This document shows, one piece after another, positions 28,010 through 38,919 of a DNA stretch of 64,000 nucleotides. The stretch is from the NCBI RefSeq assembly GCF_024521635.1, contig NW_026250405.1, forward strand, positions 124,001-188,000, in the 5' to 3' direction. The notes under the pieces are model-generated. The model was not told the origin of the DNA, ran no database searches, and saw only the letters and a list, made by a program, of their open reading frames with translations. Numbering within the stretch: position 1 is the stretch's first letter; every line of letters starts with the position of its first letter. The DNA is from Tricharina praecox. Its lineage: Eukaryota. The position numbers and the translations under genes were made by a program.

Positions 28010-29971
28010 TCAAAAGACTGCTGTCTGCCGCGACGCGATAGATATGCAGTCGTCGACGTCGGATGGCTTGAAGCCAGGGTAGTCTCCCAGACAAACTCCG
28101 CGCTTTGTCAACTCTGTGATTTCCGTTAGTGTTAGGGGTTGAGGAGGAGGATGATGAGTGCAAGGCTAACCTTTGATGAGAACATCCATATCCACCCGCC
28201 GTTTTGCGCCTTCGGTGACTGGCTGCATGTGCATCACTTCCTCGACTGCCTCGGAGGCAGCCGAGAAACCCGTCTCCATATCCACGTCGCAGCAGTTGGC
28301 GGTGGAGTCCATGGATCCATTGCTGCAGCCGGATGAGTGGTACCCTAGATCCTGACTTGACGCCGGGCTCCCTGCGTGGTCGCTGGCGTTGGAGGCATCG
28401 ATGTCGGCCTGGAGGCCTTTCTCCACCAAGCGCTGTTCAACGTCTACTGGCTTAAGGAACTTGTCGGTGATTCCAAGCATAGCCAACTGTTTGCGGCCCA
28501 TAGAGGCCCGCAGGGATATTTCGTATGCTTCGTTGGAGACGGCGGGACCGGTCTCGGCGTACGCGGATGGGTTGAGGGGGTCTGTGGCGCCGCCTCGGAG
28601 CATGCGAGTGATGGTGCTGAGAATTTCCTCGCGCGAAGCGTAGCAGCGGCTGTATGCAAATGTCTTTGAAACTTCATGTTGGTGTGCTGAGGCTGTAGAG
28701 AGCAGATGGTGGGCACTCTCGAGGCAGGCGCGGTGAAGCCGACGAGAGAAGGAGGATTCCTGGAAGCTGTAGCTTACCGGATCCAACTCCTGCCGGATCG
28801 CGGGGAACAGGTTGAAATTCTGGTAGAAAATATTGTCGATTGGATCTTGGGCGGGAGTTTCGTAGGTCGCTCGTGACGAGGATGAGGTTGATCCGCCTTG
28901 TTGGGTGTCGTATGCTTCCTGCTGAGGGTCGCGGCCATAGGCGATCTGATATCCGCCCCACGAGGGCATCGAAGTGTTGTTGCTGGTACCACCGGATGCA
29001 GGACCTCCGTCATCTCGGCTCCGCGGTCTCTGGCGGCTATGGGGTTGGTCGTCTCCAGTATCTTCCTCCCCTAACGAGTCGCCAGAATCCTGCCCGATGG
29101 CACCCCTCGCTACTGCGACGAACCGTTCCGCTCCTGTTCTAAGGATCGCGCTGTATGCTTCTTGTTGAGCGGGGCTATCAAGCTCCTTGATGAAATCCAT
29201 AGCCGACGAATGCATCTCAAAGAAGGTACTCTGCATGGCTTCCACGGAACCCTCGAGCTGGGTGACCCGATTACGCAATGAAGATATTGTCGTCTCTTTC
29301 CGCAGCCGGTACGCACGCTGAGCGAGTCTGATCTGTGTCCGTCGACGCTACAGATATATCATATCAGCACCGCCACCAAGTATGATTATGGAGGGGGTAA
29401 AACTTACATCGGCCGCATTCTCGTCTTTTGGATCCAGTCTCGGTCTTCCCCTTTGCTTCTTAGTAGCGCTGGGTTTTCCGGACGTGGTGGTATCCGTACT
29501 TTCGTCACTCGGAGCCCGCCGGTGGCGACGCTTCCTTTCGCTGCCGCTGATGTCCAGTACTTCAGGTTCACTTCTAGCCGGGCCCGATCTCCGCGCCCTC
29601 TCTTCGAGAATCCGCAGGTCGTGATGCTCCTCCGCACTGAGGATGCCGAGATCAATTCCCATCGACGTTGAGTCCATGTTCATATCCAAAACATCCGGCA
29701 TCTGCATTCCCGAGAAGGAGTCCATATAATTATCAGTGGGTTGCGGCGAGCTGCTGGCCGAGATCCCATGCGTCGGAGGATACGGCGATAACCCCAGCGC
29801 ATAGTCCGACGGCAATGACGCCGCAGAGGTGTGATATTGTGTTGGCTGTTGTTGTTGTTGCTGTTGCTGCTGCGGCGTCTCGTACAGAGTTCGTCCGCTC
29901 CTTCTAAGGGGTGGGTACAGCGGGGCACTGTTATATACACCATGTTGATCCGGCGACGGAGAGTCTCTCAT
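28010..29971 (-). CDS. bZIP transcription factor (exons 29971-29408, 29347-28171, 28113-28010)
   Basis: Spliced basic region RGRPRLDPKDENAAD|RRRTQIRLAQRAYRLRKETTISSLRNRVTQLE followed by a zipper. C-terminal VCLGDYPGF..DVD motif. Canonical introns; TATA-like TTTTATAAAA near 30190. Confidence 0.9.
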
Positions 29972-30420
29972 ATTGTTTGTTGTTCGGAGCGGGATGGATG
30001 TGATCTTGCAGGAGGAGTGTATATGGCGGTCTTTGCAGCGGTCTGTGTGGATGTGGCGTGGTCCGTGTTGCAATCTGCTGTACTGGAACGTGATTTTGTC
30101 GCAGCAAGGTACCGGTAGCGGGTGGGGTTGAGTGGGGGGAGGGGAGGGGGGGAGGCAGGGGCGGGAGAACTGGAGGAATGGCGCCCTTTTTTATAAAAGC
30201 TGGTGAACATCGAGCTGCTTACGCACAGCTAGTAGTACCAGTAGGTGTGTGGGGGGTTCGAACAACATCTGCTTAGCTAACCCAGCCCGACCGTTTCGGA
30301 CGCGGACAGACAATGACGCAGTTGCATTCGTGTAACGAATCGTCCGGCAGATGTCAGCGTCCAGGAGCTGCGCTTTCGTCGTTCGAGAGGAGGAGATCGG
30401 GTTGTCGGCAGGCCGCGACA

Positions 30421-30509
30421 GATGGTGATGGTGATGGTGATGGTGATGGTGATGGTGATGGTGATGGTGATGGTGATGGTGATGGTGATGGTGATGGTGA
30501 TGGTGATGG
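30421..30509. repeat. (GATGGT)14 microsatellite upstream of the bZIP gene
   Basis: Fourteen perfect hexamers at 30421-30504, then GATGG. Confidence 0.97.
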
Positions 30510-32070
30510 CGGAGTGCGTGAGTGTGAGTGTGAGTGTGTGAGTGTCCTCGACATGATCCAGGGAGGTTCGTCTGGGCTGGAGGTAGACTATAGTCGATCG
30601 GCAGGACTGGCCAGCATTGCCATGCTGTGGCCGTGCCGCTATGCGAGTCGCTGGAATCGGAGCTCGACGCAGAGGTGAGATGAGTACAGCAATAGCTGTG
30701 ACCTGTCTCTGTACATAAGCTGCCCCGTGGTTCCATTGCGGAGCTGACTCAACTGGAGATGTCTCGTCGTAACGTCGGCCACCTCCAAACGGCGGTGGGG
30801 GCCTGCGGATGTCGTAGGGAAAAGCTGTGTATGTATGGACCCAGGAATCGACAGGGACTATTTGTGCATATTGGGGGCCTCCTGTTCGCCTGCAGGACTG
30901 AAGTCCTGTCATTCTCCCTACCTCCCTGACCCAGCATTCACCACCCACCACCCGCCGCCGCCAGCCCCTTCCCCCCAGCAGTCTAGTCTTGTCCGCAGTC
31001 TAGTTCTGTCCGCAGAGGTTGACTCCCAATCGCCAGACCTCCGCGTTGCAACGTGATAGAACAATCCTCAGGGACCCCCTTCTGAGCCTCATTCGCTGCG
31101 TTCGTGTGTGCGTGGTGTGTCTGTATATATCTCTGTGTGTGTTCCGTCATGTGCGGACGTGTGGATGTTAGGCAGCAATTGTTCTGTTCTGGTCTGTAGG
31201 TGGTCCAACGCATGTTGCTGTGTATCAGTAATCAAATAAATAGCGACCACCATATTGGCCTGAATCCGCACCGTACCGATAACCGAGCCCTAATGTGATG
31301 GTTGGCGGGCCAGTCGATTGAGACCCCGCTAGTCAATTGTTCGTCGCTTCGCACCTAACTGTGTCGGTGGCTTGGTGCAAGGAAGTTCACTGGGTGGATC
31401 TCCTCCTTCCCGCTCCATACCTTACGACGCCCACACACTATCGACGCCCCAAAGCTTAGCTACGGTGACCTCCCTCCGTATGCATGTTATCTCGGTACTT
31501 ACACATGCAGATGCACACCCGCGGCAGAAGCAGGTTATATTCGTCGGACTTATGGGGACAAACTACTGGTACGGAGGTATGTAAATGGTTCCCAGTTAAC
31601 CATATCGCCGTCCAGCGGCGATGTGTGCGGACCACCCGTACTCTACACGTCCACCTACACGATCCGGCTAATTAGGACGACGTTGGCTGCCACCAAATAT
31701 GCAGCCTCCAACAGCTGTGATGGGATGCGAGATGCACATTGGCTCGAGCCCGGAGGGACGTATCATGTATGCACTGTATGGTGACTCCTTCGCTCCTGTA
31801 AATCGGAATAGGCTCCCGCTAGCACCGTGTCGAGGGTCCCGATTGCATCTCGCAGATGCGAGAGTGGCGCGATTCGACGATGGCGAAGGGGCAGGTGCTG
31901 ACCGTACTACAGAACGCCCAGTCAGGAAGCATAACACGGTCCGATCATATATTTAATCTGATTGTATGATATCCAGTACTGCAACCGGAGAGTCGAGACA
32001 CGCTCCCTGTCGAGGACGTGCAGCCCTGCATACCGCGTACACTTTAATTATCCAGCACTTGCAATTGAGA

Positions 32071-32097
32071 GGGGGGGGGGGGGGGGGGGGGGGGGGG
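32071..32097. repeat. G27 homopolymer
   Basis: Directly visible. Confidence 0.95.
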
Positions 32098-35000
32098 TGG
32101 GCATGGGTGGAATCAAGCTGCCCGTGGCACCGCCTACGAAGAAGGTGCGGCGCGATTGATGGGCGCCCGGTGGGTAAACAAATCGGCGAGACCTGGCCGA
32201 TGAAGCGCATCGCCGAATGGCGGTGCAGCAGCTGCTCGAGCTCGTCGTGATTGTTGACCTCCGTTTGCAGGTCCATTCCGGCTTCACGGCCTAATCCGCA
32301 CGCAGGGGAGCTCGATAATGTCTCTCGGCAAGAGCGCTGCCAGGTGGACTCACTCCTCCTGGTGACTTCGGCCGAATAAGGGAACGTTTTCCCATGCTCC
32401 ACACCCTCTCCGAATCGTCTGACCGACTCGGGTTGATTCTCGATGACTCTTGATCGACTGCAATGGAACCCTCCCGCACCTCCTTCTTCCGAGGAGCTAC
32501 TCTACTGAGAATCGCTTTTGTCATCGGAGATGTGCAGAGAGATGATGTGCTCGTACGCCCGGAGATAACGGGGGAGCGAGCGGATCGCCCCACACACGTC
32601 ATTCCGCCACGAGGAAGACAAGCTTTTGGCGGAAAGGGCATCTACCTAGTGCAACGCTTCCCTTTCCTGCGTGGTATGTAGTCTGCCTACCGAGCCCGTG
32701 GGCATCTCGAACTTCGCCGGCGGCCTGGGTACAACACCACGCGAGCGTTCCGAGCTCACCATCCGTCACGTGCGTGGATCGAACCTCGAATGGCCGGCCG
32801 CACGCTTGCTGTAAAGTCCGACGGCGATCGAAGGTTGCCGGTCCCCACGAACACGGCATTCAGACCCGATCTCAGATTAACCCAAGCCTCCGCCCCAACT
32901 GCCGGCCAATCAAAAACAGAAAGAAAAAAACACAGACCCCGCTCGAATGCATGGGGATAACGCATGCCTGCCTGCCTGCCCGAGCCCCGACAAGGGGAGG
33001 AAGGGAGGGAGGGAGGGAGGGAGGGAGGTAGGGAGGTCCTCAACCCGCACATCCCCATACTACCTTGCAGCCATGTCAGCACCGCAAAACTTGCGTGTGA
33101 GCGAGTATGTAACCAAACTGGCCGCACTAGCGCCTGCTTACAGGCAAATACAGGATTGCTGCGGGACTGATGACTATTCAACCGCATAGTGGTCCAGATT
33201 AATACCAAGCCTTTTCCTGCTGACAGGAACACCGAGGACCTCCGCATTTGGGTGTTTCAAGCAGAAAAAAAAGTAGGTGCTTACTGCGACCTTCCCCTGG
33301 CGAGAAAACGTGGTCGTCGGTAGACCGTAGACGGTGGTTGTCCCGTCGGTGGTCGTGGTGGCTGCGGTGCTGTTCCTATTGCGATGTTCTCGCCGCTGAC
33401 AGCAGCGCAAGGTGCACAGTGATGCTGCTTACAATCCGGCGCCGCCCTTCCCCCAGAGGACGCAGCGCAGCATCGTCCTGACTGTTTCTGAACGGGATGC
33501 GGATGATGTCGCGCCGTCGATCTCCACACGAACATCCTTTCTTCCGTCTTCCCGTAATAACCCAACCATGCGAGCAGATACTCTAGATAGCGACGAAGCA
33601 GACTCCGCATGGCCCATGGCGGAAGTCGCGGAAGCAAGTGCAGTGCACGCTCATGACTCTCCATTGCAGATATCGCCGAAATGGAATTGGAAGACAGACA
33701 ATCGCTGGCGGGATGTGGTCTTCCCACTGGGTCCGCAGTCCGGACCCATTATGCAACTGTCAAAAGTCGTCTAGTCTGCTACTGCTACTGCTACTCCTAG
33801 AGTACCTGTGTCCACTGCGCTCCAGCAGCAGGTGATACAGAGCTGCCTGGGAATCGGAAGGAGGAACAGAGTTTCCCAGACTTGCCACCGGATTCTAGTG
33901 CTACGGTTCTGTTACAAACAAGTGCTTCTCATAATACATGGGCTAACAGCAGCCTGGCGGGAGATTGATGGACGGCTCTAATTGCTGCCCAGACTTCCAG
34001 TGCGTGCTTGTGGACCACACATGTACGTACAGACTTAGTTACCTAAGGTGTAAATGTACATAGGCCCGGCCATAGGCAGCCCAGCCCTGTCGATAATATG
34101 CCTCACCGCAGTTGCTACATACATACCTCTTTCTCCATGCTGGCACGGGCGAGAGAGAGATGCACACAGTCCGTTCGTTACTTTAATTGAACGACCTTCC
34201 GAGGAACGTTTGACTGGCTAGCCGCTTCAATCCAGGGTCACCTGTCATCAACTACTAGTATGTAACCTTCGGGGCCTATCCGCCAGCAGCCAATTGGAAA
34301 GCCACATAGGTACTCCAGCAGATTTCTTTCTTCCTCTGCGGTCAAGTTTACCCGAGGGAGGGAGGCAGGGCCTCGTCGCTCGCTCGATGATGATGACCAA
34401 CGCAGGTGCAGTGTAACATTCCGGATCCACTCTGTGAGGATTGGGTCGTTTCCCCGCCCGCTGTTGTCATGCCCCGAACTGGAAACCAACGCGCTCACAC
34501 TCGCTGTGTAGGAGATGACCGATGGATGGATGGATGGCGACTCCTGGTTTCCTGCCACAGTTAACCAGGCCCACCGACCGTAGGTTGCTCACGGGCATCC
34601 ACCACGTACCTAGAGTAGCGAGAGCTCGGGAACCCGAAGACGTTAGTTAGTTAAAGCGCACTTGCCGTCGCCGGTCGGCCCTTAAGCGCGAGGCGAGGCG
34701 AGGCGATTGGGGGGTACCTAGTACCTAGTGCCTGCCGGCCTTGACGATCTCCCACTCCCAATGGCTTGCCCCCCATCCCCTCCTGACGGAGCGGTGCCGG
34801 GGCTCCGAGACCGCACTTACAAAGTATCTACCGTCTGCGGTTATCACTCGTTGCACCGCATGTCCGCGCCGGCGCCGGCTGCTATTCGCTCGCAAGGCAT
34901 ACTCTACATACTCCACAGCGCTGGCTGGTGTGACGCAGAGTACAAGTACAAGGCTGAACCCGCCATTCCGAATACGGCAAACGTCTCCGACCCCGCATTC

Positions 35001-36147
35001 AGTAGCAATCCCGCATCCAGCAGCTATCCCGATCAGCTACATATAGGCATTGGACAAGCGTTTGGCTCGTGCCTGCCTGCCGGCCTATAGCTACCAGACC
35101 GCGAAGAGTTTCCGCACCCACAAGTGCTCTCGTGCTAAAGATAAGTTGTACATAGCCAACAAGCAAACCGACGAAACGAAGGAGGCCTAGAGCGGAGAGT
35201 TGAGTTGGGTTGAGTGTAGTTGAGGCAGACGTTTCAGCGTGCGTGCACTGCACCCCTAGTTACCATACTACCTACCATACTATGTTGTATGTACCATACA
35301 ACCATACAACCATAGGTACTACATACACCGCCCTTCCAGTTCCAGGCACCAGCCCCAGCTCCGTTTTCGCGAAGCTTCAAGGCTCAAGCAGGTACCCTTG
35401 GCAGATATACTTAGACACTTGACACTAGTAGTTGGGACCCAGCGTCTGTGCGGGCACAGGCAGCATCTGCCATCAAGACCGACCGACCGACCGACCGACC
35501 GCCGCGCCGACGAACGGACCAGGCGACAGCGGCTATAAATATCATGACTGCTTCTCCAGACTCCACTCCATCGCGGGTCGCCAGCCTCCCCGCGTATTCT
35601 AGCATGCACTCTATGCATGTACATAGAGTACATCCGAGGGATTCGAGTGACTGTGGACCATTACCTACAGGCTATCGAAATACCAACCCACTAGAACTTT
35701 ATCCATACGTGCACCTACAGTACCGTCAAGCGCCAGCCGCCCAGCCGGGGCCCGGTGTAAAAATAAACTTGCGCAGTGTGGTGAGCGCCTGGTGGCTAGA
35801 ACACAGCCACACCTGTGTAGGTACTGTGGATCCCTTCGTATGTACAGTACATACAATAACTACCTCCGTCTCTCCCGTGGACAGTGGATACCGGTGAAAT
35901 ACCTACCTACCTACCCCGCATTATTCAAGGATGGGCATTGGGACTTGGGACTCGGGAGTGAGTAAGAATCTCTGACGGTGCTACCTATCTATAGCCCTAT
36001 GGGTTCGCTGGGTCTGGAGGAATGCATACCATCTGCCGGCACCCGGGGCATACGTAGGCAGCTTGTAAGTTGCAAGTTGTTGATGATGATGCGCGGTCCC
36101 CCGCTTACCGCGCCATTTCATACCGTGGCACTGGTTTCAAGGCATGA

Positions 36148-36219
36148 GTGGGTTTTGTGGGTTTTGTGGGTTTTGTGGGTTTTGTGGGTTTTGTGGGTTT
36201 TGCGGGTGTTGTGGGTTTT
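36148..36219. repeat. 9-bp tandem repeat (GTGGGTTTT) x8
   Basis: Six perfect units, one variant, then one more perfect unit. Confidence 0.92.
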
Positions 36220-36244
36220 GCGTTACCCACACCGGTGAAGCAAA

Positions 36245-36297
36245 GTTCGCCATAGTCTAGATAGGCTGCATGCGAAATAAACTGAAGATATCTCTTT
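36245..36297 (+). mobile_element. 53-bp retro-insertion (LINE 3'-end-like) with target-site duplication
   Basis: Flanked by AC(C/T)GGTGAAGCAAA at 36231-36244 and 36298-36311. Core TCTAGATAGGCTGCATGCGAAATAAA is largely shared with 49298-49383 (minus strand). Confidence 0.7.
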
Positions 36298-36978
36298 ACT
36301 GGTGAAGCAAACAAACAAACAAACAGCCATCAGTAACTACTTCTTACGAAATGACTGGCTCCACCGGCCTGACCCGACTGGAGTCGAGTGGATGAGTAGG
36401 AAGTAAGAACCTTACCTACAGATGAATTCGCGCGCTACCTATCTCTGGAGGGGGATGCAAGAACGCCGCAAGAGCTACCGTATGGTACTGAGTAGAGTAT
36501 AGCAGAGTGTGGAGGGCTCAGGGCTGCGGATATCTTTTGCGGGTTTGTCATCCTCACACAGGACCGTTCCCACTTCCGGATAATGGATTAGTTATGTAGG
36601 GGGTCGTCCGATCTGAGACTGCACGTGAAAAAGCGGCCATGACTGAGCCTTTCGGGGATAAGCCCTGTGGGAGTGACGGAGATCGGCCAAGTGGATAATT
36701 ATTTCAAAGCAAAAAGACTCATATCTATCTGTATCCATCGACACCCACCAGTGACCACCCCCCGCCGTCCCCTGTACTAGGTAGTAGGTAACTCTCAACT
36801 GAATGAATTCGGGCAACCAATAATCCTCTTCCAAACGGCATGTAGGTAGGTAGTCTATAAACTCTACTATACACAGTGTAAAGAAGAAGAAAAAGAAGAA
36901 AAAGGAGAACGGGATTTTATAACCATTTTAAAGCACTCTATGGATGGATGAATGGAAGGGATTTTTCGACCGTAGTGT

Positions 36979-38919
36979 CTATGCCGCCGTGACAACGGCC
37001 GCGGCGGGGACGGCGGGAGTGGCGACGACGGGAGCGGCGACGGCGGGGGCGGCAACGACGACGTCGGTCTCGGTCGCGGGGACATCGACGACGGGAGTGG
37101 CAGGGTCGACCTCTACCGCGGGAGCCTCAGGCACGACGTCAACGACAGTCGCGGCCTGACGCTTGCCGTTGGTGTAGCGGTAGCCTCTGCCGCTGACGGC
37201 GCCAGTGCGGTGGTGGGAGTGGTCGGAGCCGGAGTTGCGGCTGCCCTGGGTGCGGCAGTTGCCGGCGCACGCGGACTCGTCGCGCTTCTTGTTGCAGCCC
37301 CCATTGTTGGTGCAGCTGTCGCAGCACTCATACGAGTGCGAGTTCGAGCAGCAGCTGCTGTTGCAGCTATTGCAGCAGCCGTTGTTACAGCAGCCGTTGT
37401 TGCCGCAGCACCCGTTGTTGCAGCAGCCGTTGTTGTTGCAGTATGAGTTGTTGCAGCCCTGGCGGCACTCGTCGCGGCACTCATCGCCGCCGCAGCAGTC
37501 GGAGCTGCTGGAGTTGTTGCAGCAGCAGCCGTTGTTGCCGTTATTGCCGCAGCAGCCGTTGTTGCAGCCACCGTTGTTGCAGCAGGAACTGCAGTTATTG
37601 CCCTGGCAGCAGTCCTCGGAGCGCTTCTCGATGGAGCGCTTGGCGGCGGCGCCGCCGCCGAAGAAGTTGCTGAACGACTTCTGCATCTTGGTGAAGACGC
37701 TGGCATCGATGTTCTGGTTGTGATCGATGCTCTGGCTGAACTCGCGGTTGCAGTCACAGCCGCCGCCGTTGCCGTTGCCGCCGCTGAACGGATTGCGCTT
37801 CAAGAGGTCGCGGCGACTGATGCTGAGGTCGTTGTTGTTGTTGGAGCTGCTGTAACTGCAGTTGCTGTTACAGCAGCCTCCGCAGCCACCGCAGCCTCCT
37901 CCATTGCTGCAACACTCCGAGTTGCCGCAGCCCTGTTCGCAGTTTTCGCGGTGACGGCGGCCACACCCATCTTCGTCGTCGTCGTCGTGGTGGATGCTCA
38001 GGTGGTTGTTGTTGTGCGAGTTGTTGCAGTTGCTGTTGCAGCAGCCGCCGTTGTTGCGCTTGGTAAGGCTGTTGTTGTTGTTGTGCTGGTTGCAGTTGCT
38101 GTTGCTGTTGCAGCCGTTGCCGCAGCCGCCGCAGCACCCTCCTCCGTTACCGTAGTTCTCGCTGCAGCCGCAGCCTTGACGACAGTTCTCGCGGTTGTCG
38201 CAGTTGCCGTCGCCGTCGCCGTCGCCGCGGTGGAGGCTAAGGTGGTTGTTGTTGTGCGAGCTGTTGCAGGAGCTGTTGCAGCAACCGCCGTTGTTTCGCT
38301 TGGCGATCTGTGGGCCGATGGCTTTGTTCACTTTGTCGTGAACCTTCGCATTGATGTTCTGGTCGTGATTGATGCTCTGGTTCAGGCACTCCTCGCATCC
38401 ACCGTTGCAATCACGCTTCTGGCAGCCGACGCCGCCGAATGAGCCGAATCCCTTGTGAACCCGGTCGAAAACCTTCGCGTTGATGTTCTGGTTGTTCTCG
38501 ATGCTCTGGTTGATGCAATGATTGCAACTACCGCCGCAGTCACGCTTCTGGCAGCCGGTGCTGGCGGCACCTCCGAGGCCGAAGCCCTTGATGAACTTGT
38601 GGTGCACGTCGGCGTCGATGTTCTTGTTTCCGTCGATGTTCTGGCTGAACATGCAGGTCCGGCACATGTCGCATGCACCGTCGCAATCGCGCTTGTTGCA
38701 TCCGATGCCGCCGATGCCAGATCCCATGTTTCCGAATGCATTCTTGAATTTCTTGGTGAAGAGTTCGGCGTTGATGTTCTGGTTCGTATCGATGCTCTGC
38801 GAGAAATCGCAGTTGCAGTCGTTACGGGCAGCTAGGGTGGCGGCTCCAACATCGGGGGCCGGCGCACCCATCACGGAGACCGCGAGGAGGATGGCGGTGA
38901 GGGTGCTTGGAGCGAACAT
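36979..38919 (-). CDS. Secreted Cys/Asn/Gly-rich repeat precursor with ten KR sites (KEX2-processed repeat protein-like), 646 aa
   Basis: Signal peptide MFAPSTLTAILLAVSVMG-AP; uninterrupted ORF with strong C/G third-position bias; internal repeats delimited by KR; 5'-UTR intron 38978-38920 ending directly at the ATG. Confidence 0.88.
   Translation of the reverse strand: MFAPSTLTAILLAVSVMGAPAPDVGAATLAARNDCNCDFSQSIDTNQNINAELFTKKFKNAFGNMGSGIGGIGCNKRDCDGACDMCRTCMFSQNIDGNKNIDADVHHKFIKGFGLGGAASTGCQKRDCGGSCNHCINQSIENNQNINAKVFDRVHKGFGSFGGVGCQKRDCNGGCEECLNQSINHDQNINAKVHDKVNKAIGPQIAKRNNGGCCNSSCNSSHNNNHLSLHRGDGDGDGNCDNRENCRQGCGCSENYGNGGGCCGGCGNGCNSNSNCNQHNNNNSLTKRNNGGCCNSNCNNSHNNNHLSIHHDDDDEDGCGRRHRENCEQGCGNSECCSNGGGCGGCGGCCNSNCSYSSSNNNNDLSISRRDLLKRNPFSGGNGNGGGCDCNREFSQSIDHNQNIDASVFTKMQKSFSNFFGGGAAAKRSIEKRSEDCCQGNNCSSCCNNGGCNNGCCGNNGNNGCCCNNSSSSDCCGGDECRDECRQGCNNSYCNNNGCCNNGCCGNNGCCNNGCCNSCNSSCCSNSHSYECCDSCTNNGGCNKKRDESACAGNCRTQGSRNSGSDHSHHRTGAVSGRGYRYTNGKRQAATVVDVVPEAPAVEVDPATPVVDVPATETDVVVAAPAVAAPVVATPAVPAAAVVTAA

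Noticed and set aside
30191..30951. Poly-His, (IT)n, (SP)n and (DG)n ORFs
   Set aside because: All are translations of the (GATGGT)n microsatellite.
36148..36219. Telomere-like array
   Set aside because: The 9-bp unit is not TTAGGG, and the array is short and interstitial.
36979..38919. Dikaritin RiPP cluster or hydrophobin interpretation
   Set aside because: No DUF3328/UstY or tailoring genes in the window, and no hydrophobin eight-Cys pattern.
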